This document shows positions 1 through 33,900 of a stretch of DNA of 64,000 nt, piece by piece; positions within the stretch are counted from its first letter, which is position 1; every line of letters starts with the position of its first letter. A program made the translations under genes and the position numbers. The stretch is from the NCBI GenBank assembly GCA_964035545.1, contig OZ037771.1:9107408-9171407 (forward strand). The letters are read 5' to 3'. Below the pieces are notes generated by a model. It did not search any database, was not told the origin of the DNA, and saw only the letters and a list, made by a program, of their open reading frames with translations. This stretch comes from Bugula neritina (Eukaryota > Animalia > Bryozoa).

Positions 1-34
1 GGACTGTTATAGGTCTATCAAACAGGCAGGAGAT

Positions 35-11208
<11,174 letters not shown>

Positions 11209-12241
11209 CATTCCACAAACTACTGTTCTAGCTAGGTAACTGAGGGTTGGTTGTAGGACTCCCTCTCCCTTATAGTATAAGTAACTCAGTCTGTGGAACA
11301 GGGCTAGGTTTGAGAAGTATTTATTGTGTGTGGGTTACTCTATCATTCCATCTGTATTTTACTAGAATTGGATTCATAGGTTGGCTCATATTGGTTTGAT
11401 CTGTGAAGTGAACCAAATCCAAATCTTTCACTTCTAGTATAGACTTGAATTAATGGCTGTTCCTATACACACCTATTATATATGTGTACATTTGAAGTGC
11501 CTGTAGCCAGTAAGGGTATAGTGAGTATAGTATGAGTACTCATCCTCTAATGTTATACACTTATACTTGCAAGGGTTGGGGAAAAGTTGTTGATATGTAA
11601 GTATTTTAGACCCAAGAGTTGCATAACCCTAGGGCAGGCCTGTCCAACAGGTGGCCCCAGAATACCTTAAATTGTTCTTTTCAATTTCTGTCCCCCACCC
11701 ATCTGATACTCAAACACAAAATTTATAGGTTTCCCTCTCCCCCCCCCCCATCTGATACTCCCAATACAAATACATCGGTTTTTTTATAAACATTTTTCGC
11801 TTGATATGCTACTGTTTTTTGTCTCGCTACAAGTTTAACTTGAATTTTATCTTTCTTTGTTTGAATAAATTGACCTTAATTTTGCTAGCTGATAGATGTA
11901 TTTGTATTTATAATACATTTGTATAATGTTTCATAAATTGAGTGACTTAACCTTTACCAACAGTCCGAGCTTTACTACCACTGCAGCTGTAGTTGTTTTA
12001 TTATTTAGCAAGTATATTTATTAGCGTTGTGTAATGAATAAGCAGGATTATGTCTCCTAGCAGATAGAGTATTGTATATGTTGAATAATGTTCAATAACT
12101 CATTTATATAGTTATTGAAGAATAATTCAGTCATTTTTAACCTTTCCATTTGTACCATGGCCTGTTTAGATTATATATTTTGTGAAAGTCATATTATTTT
12201 TAAAATTAAAACTGTTTTGCCTGCTGGGCAGTGTGATGGTA

Positions 12242-12255
12242 AATAAAGATTTATT
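12242..12255. terminator. Candidate bidirectional polyadenylation signal AATAAA-GA-TTTATT
   Basis: AATAAA on + (12242-12247) and on - (12250-12255), lying between two convergent stop codons (11208 and 13002). The AT-rich background makes chance occurrence possible. Confidence 0.35.
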
Positions 12256-12405
12256 CCCATGTACCAATGCTCTGTATAATTCCAACTAAAAGAATCTTCC
12301 ATAAAAATGTAAATGAAATTCAGTTATAATAATTTCAATTCTCTTTTTGCGTTATCAGGTATAGTAAGCATATACCTCGCCTACATAATAAGCATTTGTC
12401 TATCC

Positions 12406-12528
12406 TGTGTGTATAGCATGTGTGTATAGCGTGTGTCTATAGCATGTGTGTATAGCATGTGTGTATATCATGTGTGTATAGCACGTGTGTATAGCACGTG
12501 TGTATAGCACGTGTGTATAGCATATGTA
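12406..12528. repeat. 14-bp minisatellite (GTGTGTATAGCAYG-like)
   Basis: About 8-9 tandem copies. Confidence 0.9.
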
Positions 12529-13001
12529 TCTGTGTGATTTGGCCTTTATTGAAAATTCAGTCATCACTTATTTAATTGAAATTGACATCATGTGAAAAAT
12601 TGTTTTCAAACTACTATAACGGTTGCCTTGCAAATTTGATTTTTTCAGATCCAACAAGAAATATTTGTCCATAGTATAACAAAAATAAATAAGAGGCTAG
12701 CAACATGTTGAGATTAAATCACGGATGTACAGCGTGCCTACCGTAACTTATACACAGCTCTGTTAAACCAACCATTCACTCACAAATAGAAGGAAAAATT
12801 TAATGGTTAGGAATTCATGTTATGTTGAGAAACTGCAGTGTAATGTTTTGGTGCAATAAATTCTCCAAGTCGTTTCAAACTGATTTTTATGGAGCCTAAT
12901 GCAATCAGCTTGCAGCTCCCTTGTGGTTATTTGAACTCGTCAGAAATTCCAGATACAACTACACATTTATAACATGATTTACACAACTCAGTTCATCAAT
13001 G

Positions 13002-21409
<8,408 letters not shown>

Positions 21410-21599
21410 GGTGCGTGAGCTAGTCTTGTTTCATTCTTAGTCAAACCTGCAACAGTTTTATCATTAAAATAAAAATATTTCTGTGTGTAATGACAATCAG
21501 CCTCTATACCTTCTTATGATAAAGGTGTTTTAAAAATACAAAACTATTTTCTATTTCACAAGAGCTGGCAACAGCACTTAGAAAAATGTTTCTGTCAGC

Positions 21600-21960
21600 A
21601 GTAGGCATAGCAATTTTATAGTAGCAGTAGTTATAAAAAAATTTATAGTATAGCAGTAACTATAGCAAATCATACTGTAGCAATAGACATAACAGGTTAT
21701 ACAGTAGCAGTATTAATAGCAAACTAAACAGTAGCAGTATTAATAGCAAACTAAACAGTAGCAGTATTAATTAATAGCAAACTATACAGTAACAGTACCT
21801 ATAGCAAACTATACAGTAGCAGTACCTATAGCAAGTTATAACAGTAGCAGTATTTATAGCAAACTATACAGTAGCAGTACCTATAGCAAGTTATAACAGT
21901 AGCAGTATTTATAGCAAGTTATACAGTAGCAGTATTTATAGCAAGTTATAGCAGTATTTA
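21600..21960. repeat. Degenerate ~25-bp minisatellite (ATAGCAAACTATACAGTAGCAGTA..)
   Basis: Tandem array upstream of the first coding exon of copy B. Confidence 0.85.
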
Positions 21961-21970
21961 AGGCACTCAC

Positions 21971-22130
21971 ACTAGACCTGGTTGTACCTCTGTCCTCTTT
22001 CAGGCTACTTGAAGAAATGGAATGACAATTAGCTAAAGACTGAGCTGCAAGTCAATTCAATCAATAATCAGCTGTGATGTAATTTTTATTTTGTGACATG
22101 ACTTTCAAGCACCATTCTTTTATAGTCACT
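21971..22130 (-). promoter_or_regulatory. Putative non-coding first exon / core promoter of beta copy B
   Basis: The ATG exon has its own acceptor (TTGCAG, exon starts 21446). Minus strand shows a GTGAGT donor just past 21971, an Inr-like TCAGTC at ~22043 and TATAAAAG at ~22124 (TATA-Inr spacing is not canonical). Confidence 0.35.
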
Positions 22131-23457
22131 ATTGACGCAGCTGTGTAGTATGCAGATACAGCATGCAATTACAGACTGCAGCTGGAGGAGGCACAAGATG
22201 CCAAAGTAGATGGTCATTCACATTCATATGGGTATTTACTACTTTTTTAGGGAAAAGCAAAGTTGGGTGTTGAAAATATTGTGTGCTAGTGAAATACACT
22301 GCATGTGGCTTTCTGTACTTTTAAGTTTTGTTTCAAACAGAGCTGGACGTGGTGGGCCGGGGCGAGGCAGGGCAGAGCAGAGCAGAGCAGGGTATAACAC
22401 TTCTTGCAGTGATTTTAGATTAAAAGCCATAACCTATAGACTGAGAAGCATTTGCCCTCCCAACTGTGTCACTTTCATACCCAAGTGTGCTTCATGCTTG
22501 CGCTGCTAATTACAAAATTAACCAACATATACTTTGCCTGTAGGACATTATAAGCAAAAAGTGATAGCATAGCAATGCTTGCTGACATGCCCATGAACCT
22601 AGTTTTGTTCTGTGAAATATGTGGCAGCAATATCATTAGTCATAAGATATGTTTAAATGCATATATTAATGGCTTTTCACTGTAGCTTCTGCCAGGGTAT
22701 TCACTCATAATTCTGTGAACTACTTATATAAAGCATTTCTAGTAAATTAAAAAGTTGTTCGATCATCTGACAAGCACCATGCTCTGAGAGTTTTATTGTG
22801 ATGTAACCTTTCATTGTAAAGATACTTCAATCTTAGTCCTAGTTGTACAACCATATAATTCTGCCAATGTCTCATACATTAGAGTGATACACTTTCCTGC
22901 ATTAACTATTTTATACTTACAGATATTTTAAGCTGTTTTGCTCTTTCGGGAGTGTTTCCAAATAATTAAAGCTGTCAAAACTACTCAAAGCGCCTCTTAC
23001 TTCTCATCTGCTCACTTGGTATATAAAAAATGTCAGTAGTTTGAGAAAAACATTCAACTACGCAAAAACCTTTCTATCGATTAAATATAATGTAAGAATT
23101 TTTATTGGCATGGAAGAATTGCTAATAGCAAAATGCATATACTTTATAATTTCATTAAATCATTAATAAAAGCTTATTTAGCATAACATCCTGGGAATAT
23201 AAATTAATATAATAGTTAATTTTGTGCTATTTTCTAAAGAGAATCTTTCTCATATATGTAGTGGCGTACAATATTAAATAGCCTTAGCTCTTCAAGATTG
23301 TTGAGAAATAGGAGTAAAATTTTTAACCCTCCAAAGATTGAAAAGTTGAATTGCAAAAACACCTTAGATTATATTATGCCTGAATCGCTATATTATATGT
23401 GAGGATTGAGTACAAGTCTTAGTGGTCATGCTGATTGAAGGTATGTTCAATTAAATT

Positions 23458-23697
23458 GAGCTGTGTAGTTTGTAGTGTAGAGTTGTGTAGTTTGTACCGT
23501 AGAGTTGTGTAGTTTGTAGTGTAGAGTTGTGTAGTTTGTATTGTAGAGCTGTGTAGTTTGTATTGTAAAGCTGTGTAGTTTGTAGTGTAGAGTTGTGTAG
23601 TTTGTTTTGTAAAGCTGTGTAGTTTGTAGTGTAGAGTTGTGTAATTTGTAGTGTAGAGCTGTGTAGTTTGTTTTGTAGAGCTGTGTAGTTTGTAGTA
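23458..23697. repeat. 22-bp minisatellite (AGAGYTGTGTAGTTTGTAGTGT)
   Basis: About 11 copies between the two beta genes. Confidence 0.92.
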
Positions 23698-24914
23698 AAA
23701 CATATGCCAGATGCCAAATTCTTGCCATATACATTGAGTGCGCCATGTAATAGGTGAGCACACAGACAACATATGTTGAAATATAGTTAAGTAAAGCAGA
23801 TTTGAATTAGGACCCTATAATTATAACCTCACAACATGTTAAATTATTTAATGCAAAAAGCACCTAGTTAGTGTATTCAACTTATTTCTACTTCATTAAT
23901 GCTGTTCCAACGTATAGAAGGTTGCATGGCAATATTATAAACTGTTTTTGTAGTTGAAATATTTTACTAACTATAATGTATTGATCAGTGGGTAAAACTC
24001 AGACTAAACTTTCAGCTGTTATTTAGTTAAATTACAATAACATACTCAGGATTACCTCTATATAAAATTCAGTCCTAATAATAATTCAAAAATATGAAAG
24101 ATTATTGAAAAATTGCAAGTGATTGGTTTTAAACTGCTGAATTTTTTTTCTTAATATTTTTAACGTAACTCACATATCTTATTTCTAACTATATATATGT
24201 TAAAACATTTCCCCCCCCCCCCGACTTTGCTTTGCAGAAGCTGTTTTCTGTACAAGTTTATTGTTCATACACACCAACAGTCATATGTAAAATTTTTGTT
24301 GTACTGCTATATTTTATTATTTTTCAAAAAATATATTCATGTTACATTAAATGAACATAATATCAAACACTAGAGCTAATAGACTTGGTGAGTATAATGC
24401 TCTACAGGAGAAGACAACTTAATTGTATAAGCTAGAAAAATATAGTTTCAGCATTAGTAGAGTAATAGCTGCAACAAACTTGAACAAAAATAAAAATCTG
24501 CTATATCGATTTTTATACTGACACAAATATATATAAACATAATACATATGTATATGAAAATATATAGTATATATTGAGCCTTAAAACTATAATTAATTAG
24601 ATGTATTAAATATAAAATATGTCATAGACATATTACATAAGCATATTACATATTTTGCAAATTGAATCGCCTTTTACAGAAAATGATCATACCTATAGAT
24701 AATAAGTTTTAAAGAAACTTTAACTGTTGATCTTACTTTGCATAAATACATAAACATGATATGCTCAATGCTCCAAAATATGCTGTAATAATGTCTATAA
24801 GTGGGATTACAGCCATATATATAGTATGTAATTCAATCTAATTAGTCTGTACTGGAGAGGGGAGAGGGACTGCTGAGAGGCAAAGTTAAGGCAAAATTCA
24901 ACTTACTGAATGAC

Positions 24915-27900
24915 TTAAACTTGGCCGTCTGCTGTCACAGCCATGTTGGATAACACGCTGTAATAGATCCAGTACCAAGCATTAAATATTAGAAACAGAA
25001 GTGGGAACATCAGTCTAGAATATTTATCAATGTTATTCACATCCTTCACTTCTGGTAGTTTGCTTTTTATGTCTTTGGCTCTTTGTCGTATGTTCACCCA
25101 CATTTTACGATCTCGTTGACTTTTCCCTTTGACTGGGTAACCAGAAGGACGTCTCAGTCGGGCGGTATTCTCTATCTGATGATCTCCATGATACTCAGCA
25201 TGGTTGTTGTTGGCATTGACTCTAGTGTTCTGGCGTAGCATGTGGTCTCTTTCTTCTCCTTCTATTGATGGGTAAGGGAAGGCATTGCTGACATGAGCAT
25301 CTTCTGATCCTATCTCTGTCAACTCAATCTCTCCATCTTCACTCAGCTACAGAAGCCAAAACAATGAAACAGTGGCAATAAACTCTAATAAAAATTGGTA
25401 TTTCAAAATTTAGCCATGTGTCCCGCTGGAGCACAGGCTACTACTGCTGGTAAGTTCACAGCATCACAGTAATCAGAAAGTCACAGGATGGTCATGTACA
25501 AGGAAAAGTAAAAACTGGTATGCTGCATTAAATATTTTTAGTGTGGTTTATAGTTTACTATTTATATTCCATATCCATTAGGTCAAACAAAAAACTCACT
25601 CATCAAACTAAAAGCTTTAAATCTACTGAAATTATGATAAATTAGTAAATAAGTGATTAATTTCAAAATAAATAGAAACCAAAACAATCCCTGACTCTAA
25701 TGTTGAAATGGTATTCACTTTCAACTAGTAATTCAGTTACCAAACTATACAATTAGCTGTTCATGCAAGGCACATGCATTCAAGTAGACCAAGAGAAAAG
25801 TGTGAGTAACAACTTTTGACACCCATCAACAGTTTTACAAAGAGTATTTGAAGAAACGTATTAGTGCAGCAGTATATCAAAACTGTAGCCTTACAAACAA
25901 AACATAACTTGCGTAGTGAAAGCCTGGCTATACTATACTCTTTCAGCTTGAGTGAAAATAAAGTTTTTATCGATTTCAATTGATGAATTTTTTTATTAAA
26001 AACAATTAATCATGCATACACTATAATTAGTAACACCAATGCAACGCCTAAGTTCTGTAAGATCAAGTCGTAAGTGACCTTGCAGCAAGGCAACTGATCA
26101 CCTTTGTTAGCATGACTACTTCGTAAAGCACACCAATTTTTTCATCAGTTAGATCTATTTATCTGAGTTTAAATCAGCTATAATATATTTTTGTATAGAT
26201 GTTATGCAAATTTAAAATATAGTTCAAATATAATCTATGCTTATACCATCATAATTATAATATTTAGTCTCAGACTCCAATCTAATATTATAAAATAGTG
26301 TCAGGGCTGCTACCCTTATAAGTTTTGGCATTGTAGGAGTTAGGTTTCTTGGTGGCACTTAATACATGCTTAGTGAGGATGACAAGAATATGGAAATTTC
26401 AATTTGCTTTAGTGCTAGTCTTTTGAAACCACGGAGATTAGCTCAGTAGGGTTTGCATGCTTCTAGCTATAATTTGCTTTACTTGCCTTTTGCAGCATTT
26501 AAAGTACAAGCTAACCTCACTTCCTCTCTGCTATCAAACATCTTGTAAGGTTGGCTTCAATTTTACTTTAAATATTTGGTACTTGCATTAAAAGATTTCA
26601 AAAAGTTTTGAACAAAAAGAAAATTGGCAACTTTCGACTTTTTTGTCAAGTAACATTAAGGGTAGACGACTCTGATAAAGACAGTCAAACTTGCAAGAGT
26701 AGCAACTCAAAAAACTGCCTGTGTTTTTTTATAATGCAGTCTGTAAAGCATTTTAAAGCTACATATAACATGCTCACAGATATGTTATGCTGCGTTTTAG
26801 ATTCTGAGCTACGTTGCAAGTGCTTGTGTCGCTAGGTTATGAAGCACTTTCATGCACAATGCGTTAGTGAAATGACCGATATTTAGTGAAAAGACTCAAC
26901 AGGAGTGAACTTATTTAATGGTAGTTTCAATAAATTAGGCAGTTAAAACTATAGTGTGTTTATCAAGTGTAAGCAAGTGGCAACACTGCTGGGCACGCTC
27001 CGTAAACTAACAAACCATACGTAAATGCACTCCGTAGTCTGAAGCTAAAAAGGGCACAACTTCTCACAAACCTTAAGTCTAACTTTGGGCAAATAGCTGT
27101 GAGTGCCCAAATGCCTTTTGGACAATTTTGTTCTTTGCTATATAAAACATGCATAAACTACAGACAATATTTTACACAAGGAAGTGTTAGTGCGATCAGC
27201 AAATTATAATCTCAACTGTCCTAAAATTCTGTTGACTTCTATAAGTTTAATTTCAATGTAGTTATCATACAAAATTACCATTTTTTAATATAATAATTTA
27301 CTGCTTCTTTGTGACTCACATAAGTAGCAAGACATGTATAAATAAGTCTGCATTGTTGATTGGCTAATATTCTAAGCCATCATGGTGACTCATAAAACCA
27401 TAATATTGCTGTAAATTCCATTCATGAGCCTTACAGATGCCATTAGAGTACAATGCAGGAACACTTTGAGAAAACTGATTAAGATGCACAGTCATATCCA
27501 ACTCAAGGTCATATTACAATGCAGATAGGGTACAGGGGTCACAGAAGTAATACCTTCTGGTCATCGCAGGCTCCTGTAGCCCTTCCATTGGCTGCCTGGC
27601 TTCTATAGGTGGTTCTGAAGTTTTGGTTTGACAGTGAGTTGGCAGTCATATTTGCAGTGACACGATCTCGCTTTTTCTTTTTCTTGGCTCGAGCTCCCCA
27701 GAAGAAATAATTTACAGCGGCGTATTCCAACAGAGCCACAAACACAAACACGAAACACATCACCTAAATATATTTTGACAAGTAAAGGTAAGTGTTTTAT
27801 CAGCAGTATTTGTAGTTCATATTTGATGCTGAAAGTAGACTTGATGCCTCAGCCATGTGACTGACTCTTGTGAAGCTACCTTCATAATATGGTCAATGAT

Positions 27901-30900
27901 TAATCGTACCAAAACTGTTTGACAAGGTCAAGGTGATTTTGAATGTAAATCTTGTCTTTCCAAGTGAAGCATTAGAGTTGGCCCATTGATGCTGCATTGA
28001 GCTTATAAATAGCCAACAACACTTACCAGATAGATATCAATAGCTTTGACATAGGAGATCCTTGGAAGAGATGCTCTAACTCCTGTACTTATTGTCGTCA
28101 TTGTAAGAACTGTGGTGATACCTGATATAATATATGATTGAGATATACATAGGAGTATTTATCTGTTAAATGGAAAGTTTTAAAGCACAGTGTAGCTTGT
28201 TGCCAATAAAAAATGATAAACAACCTCAAAATAACTGTATGTATAATGCTAATCTAAATGTAGTGTCAACAAACCTAAGGCTACTCTTGCAGATGTAGCT
28301 TCATGGTTTATCCAGAAAGACACCCAACTTAGCATTACAATCAAGATAGAAGGTAAAAATGTCTGGAACACAAAATATCCAATGTGTCTCTTGAGAAGAA
28401 AGCTCAGTGAAAGCCTCTGATATCTTCCTATTAAAATATATTATTCCAAAAATATTACTGTTAAGAAATATCTTCACAATATGTTTATTGGTGATTGAGT
28501 ATTTTACAAAAAAGTTTTTTCCCCTGCCAATTGCATACAAATGATTAATAATTTTAAATGGAACATTTTTAGTTTTGCTGAGGTATTGAAAAAAGCACTG
28601 GAAGAAAAACAATATCTTGACTGAAATAGAAAACAGCTGAACAGAGAGACAGAATGAAGTTAATAACAATGTTTTAGAATTCGAGCTGAGCAGACCGACC
28701 AGCGCAGATCTTTGACGTTTGCTCATGAATCAAACTGGCTGAAATATGCCGATAAGATCAATCCATGGAACAACAGTGAATGTGTAAGCACCTGTGATAT
28801 GATATTAGCTAAAAAGGATACTGTAAAAATGGCACAAGTAATAATGGCACAGGTAATAAGGGCACAAATAGGAAAGTTGGTGAAAATGGCCCACTGATGT
28901 TAAAGCTTCCCAACCCTAAACTCAAACCCTCATCTCAAAACTTAAACTCTTATTCCAAACCTCTAAACCCCACCTCAAACTCTAATATTGAAAATGTGCC
29001 ATTTTACCTTCTTCGCTATTTGTGCCATTATTACCTGTGCTATTTTTATCAGACATCCCTATGATATACTATAAATTATAAGAATGGTGTATTTGATGTA
29101 TTTTGGTGTACTTGGTGAATGGTGTAAATACCAATGTACTACTGTTGTAGTTTGGTGCACTACTCTTGAGGACGTGTTATTGTGTACTCGAACAATTGCT
29201 GCATATCCACTGTGAGGTTATGTGAAGAATCGAACCAGTTGATGTTTAATGAGAGAACTGTATTAGTATTTCAATTACGTACACTTAAATCATAGAGATT
29301 TATAAAAGAGAAAAGAATACAAGAAGTAACTACTACGCAATTTAACCTATCTATTTAACAACTACTGTCTCAACTGCACCGGGCGTCGGAAGGCGTTGTT
29401 TATATACAAGGGGTTGATCTTGATTGGTTAAGATGAAGTTCCGGCGGTGGCACCGTAGAGAGTGATGTGGTGCCGCACAGGACTGCGGCATTGCTAACGG
29501 AGTTGTCGTCTTTGAGACAATAGTTGCCTCATAATAATATAATGTAAGTATTAGGTAAAGGGTATTGAGGGGTATATTCCCACAGCCACTACACTACTAT
29601 AGTATATCAATACTTGAATAAGTAGAGCAAAATAGACAAACCTACCTGATGCCAGAACTTGAATAGTAGAAATAGTGTTGTAGTTAACCAAGGAAAACTG
29701 TGGCAGATTTACTTTATCTGTACCAACAATAGACTTCTTTCCAACTCTCCACCTCATTTCAACATCTTCCATTGGATAACCATCTTTAAAATATGGCAAT
29801 ATTAAATATAAACATCTAATTTCTCAGACTCTGGACTAATTTGAACTGCACAAAAGCCTGCTACTGCAAGTTGATTAATAATCTATGTACATACTTCTGG
29901 AAGAAACTTAGCTAAGATTGACCAAACAGGTCACTATCAACAACATATTCTAAGCAAACAACAGAAGGAGCTCTTAGCTAACCCATTCATGTCAATTCCT
30001 TTTTAATAACAAGCAGGCAAAATTTTCAGCAGCTGCTGATAACTTTGAAGCTTTAGATAGCATCAAGGTAGAGCTAAAGGCTGCTGTAAAATTTATGGAT
30101 GAGTACAAACTATATTTTTGTCGTTATTGTTCACTTCTAAATGTTGCTATAAGTACATATTAACAATATTCAATGGTAGGTTTAAAAAAGGCTATGTTTT
30201 ATTGAAATTAAATTTGAAGCGTAACTTTATAATATTCTAGGTTGTTCTATTTATACAAAAATAATAATATAAATAACCATTTTATACTCATCATGAAATT
30301 AATTTTTTTATAGAAACTTCATGGATAATAATAAACCTGTACAGGATTAAAACATTTTATATAGTAATTGCTTGTACTGTACTCCATGATAAATAATGTT
30401 TACGTAAGTGATAAAACTTACAGCTTTCAATCTCTACTGTGCAGTTCTGAATGTCTAATGGATAGTAATGAAGGTCCATCATACAGGCCAATGTAGTTGT
30501 GAACCTGTTAAAATATATTTGCAATAGAGAAAGTAAATAAATAGAAATGAAATGATATTTCTCTCCCCCAAAGTCTAGCTTAATATCAGCTGGTTCTATT
30601 AAGAGGACAACAAGTTTCAAGTGACTTCTTTATAACCACAACTGCGCATAAACTTCCACTCTGCAGTGCCCCATTGAGGGATAGTAACAGCAGCATAGGA
30701 AAATATTGTATTTAAACTTAAAAGGCCTAATCATAAAATTATTATTCACTCTACCACAGATTGCTATGCTTCAAATAAACATGAGAAAACATGATAATCA
30801 CAACAGCTTCGACTGGTCAGCTCTTGGTTTGTAAGATTTTTCTTTCATCAATTAGAAAATTTTTTCAAGTGAATCATGGCTGCACAATGTGTGACTAAAA

Positions 30901-33900
30901 TGGAATTTTTATAAATCGAATTTTTTCAAGTCTTGAACATAAAATTATTGAAAATTACACATGTAGCCTTGCTACATATTCTTTGCCTCTTTTTGCTATT
31001 AATGTGCCTGTTATTCAATAATAGCAAACCAGTAGTCTATCAATTTGTGAGCTTTCTTCTGCAAAAATGATGTTATATTATTACAATATAACATGATTCT
31101 ATGATATTACGGTAATGTGGGTATTATAATATGATATTAAATTATCCAAATTTTATAGTAGGATGATATGATGAATGCAATATTAAATGCACTCTCATTT
31201 CTCAAGATTCATATTATGTATACAATTATTATATTGCATGGATTACAGTATAATGTATATAATCCATAAAAGAGTTTTTCCTCAATTAGTGTTTATAGGT
31301 TTCTCACGTGTCATGGTAAATTAGCTCATGATGTGTTTTCACAGACAATTGTTTAGTGTTCTCAATTACAGGTAGAGAGAAGTTCTAGTGGCTGCCTCAT
31401 TTATGTGCCACACCACTTATATTAAATGCATATTTTAATCACATCTGGTGTCCAGGGGCAGGTGTGCACTGCAGCACTCAATTAGCTGTTGAATAATTCA
31501 TTATAATAATTAATAACAATGCTGCCTGCAGTGAACTTTTATGTAATAATTGAGTGCATGATGGAATTGTGCTGTAGGTGCTTTAGCTAGGCTTAGCTAT
31601 AAATACACTCTAAACCATTTCTCTCCTATAAACTAGCACACAATATAATATGCTTGTTGTAATATAGGAGTAAGACAAACACATTCGTAGATAAAATATA
31701 AATTTGTGCAGTATGAGTATTATATTTATATTGATCTAATGATATATAATTAGAGTATTAAGAAACTATAACATTGCTGCTATAACTGATACCAGCCTGC
31801 TGTCACTGTTACTAATACCACCCTGCTGTCACTGTTACTAATATCACATGGCGCTGTCACTGCAACTGATGGCATGCTGCTTGATGTGTCCATTTTTTAG
31901 TTTCAAATGTGTTTTATTTACATCTTTTTATATGTTTAGCTGACTTTTACGTGATTAACTTACCTTGCATGATACTGCCCACCATATCTAGTTATACTAC
32001 ATGTACTTTAAAAATTACCTATTGCTATAGGCTACTATAATATCTACCCCTTACGTATTTACAAATACTTGCATCACATAAACTCTGCCCACAGTAACCT
32101 ACCTCATACCATAAGCTATACTTCCATCTCCCCCTAATCTTATCATCTTATTACTCTCCGTCACTTGATGGAGAAACGAGTTTTTGTCATTTGCAAAAAA
32201 TGTGTCCGGAACCCAAATTTTATCTGCAAAGTCTCCTGTCAAGGTCATTTGTTGGTCAGCTCTGCCGTCACCGTATTCCAGTCTCTCGTCTCTCCAGTAT
32301 TGGTTTAAGTACATGGTGATTGTGTAATCCTATCAGAGCAGAAGGAGAAAACACTTATATATGGTTGGTTTGGGAAGTTATAGGAGTAAGTTATATACAC
32401 AGAGCAGATACTCAACGCATGAGAAACTGTTTCTATTTATTCACAATATTAATTGGTCATACAATATTCAACAGATCAGACTATATTCTATTTTCCCAAT
32501 AAATCTATAGATATTACTTACCATGTTGACTTCTGAAATAGCATCAAAACTTGCAATAATAATGTCGATATCCACTACCAATGGCTTCCCTGTAATTATG
32601 ATATTTTTATTAAATACAAATATGAGTTACTTCAAAACTTATAGTATGCATGTATACAACTCCTTGCCAGCAGTTGCGACGCCACAGAAAGTAATTCATG
32701 TCACACACCATATGCAAGCTTGTACAAAGTAAGAAAATGTTATTTTGGTGGACACTAAAGGCAGGAAAGACAACTCCTATATTAAAGGACATACGCCCAG
32801 CGTTTTGCTATTACATAATGTATTGTTTCAATATAGATTACTTTTGTCTGCACAATATCACACTTCCCTAAATTAACTTATAGTTTCTGTACTTATACTG
32901 TATAACTATGACTTTCATACTTTTAAATACCATTAGTTGCTGTAATTGGTGTAAAATGTAATATTATAGAATCAGCTGTTGTTGGTCGAGCAGTTAGCTA
33001 CAGATATCGTTCATGAAAGAGTGTCTACAGCATTTTATAAATTGTGAGTTATTCTCAGCAGACAAAATGAGTTTTGATTTGTGCAGGTACTGAGTGTACA
33101 TTAGAAAAAACAAGTTATGTTGCTCAACTTTCTCACCATTAAGTTATTGATTACGTTTATATACATGATAGCATTATATTATAATATATTATATAAAACA
33201 CAATATATGTTATTATCCGACCGGATAAAAAAGTTACGGAAATACAAGTTTTAATTTGAGGCAAACCCACGCAGTAATTCAAGTAGTTTAAACATCTGCC
33301 AGCTTTAGTGACCTTAAACTCACATTTATATAGCTCATAAGATGAATTCGAACATGCAAGTCAAAGCAGGCACGTCTTATTATTGATTATAAATTCATGA
33401 GATTTCTTGAAAATGATTATGATCTAGAGAGATGGGTTTCAAACTGATGGAATAGAGACACTGTTTAATATTAACTAATGTCCCTAAAGGACCTCTGCAT
33501 CAGACCACAATAACCTCTGTCTCCCTACCACTGTGCCACCATGCATGTATCCACTCACTTAACCCTGCTTGTCAATGTGACAGTCATAATAAATGATCAA
33601 TAATTGCTAATAGCTTGCTATGCTTGCAAATATTAGCAGTTAATATGCATTGTTCCTTTCCCTTGAGTAAGTGAATTACCAACAATAGCATGTTCACATT
33701 TTTGTTGTTTTATAAACAAACTGTGTGAAGTGTGATATATTCATGCTAATTTTTATATAATACATTTATATAATATATTATTAAAAATATATCATCATGC
33801 ATTCGTTTGAATGGAGATGAGGTGAGGCAGAAATTATTAAAATAGATTTCTTTACTTTAATTATACCACATTACAGTAAAATACAGGTTAATATAATACA

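Noticed and set aside
28301-28726. 141-aa minus-strand ORF
   Set aside because: Mostly intron; it overlaps the real M1 exon in the wrong frame.
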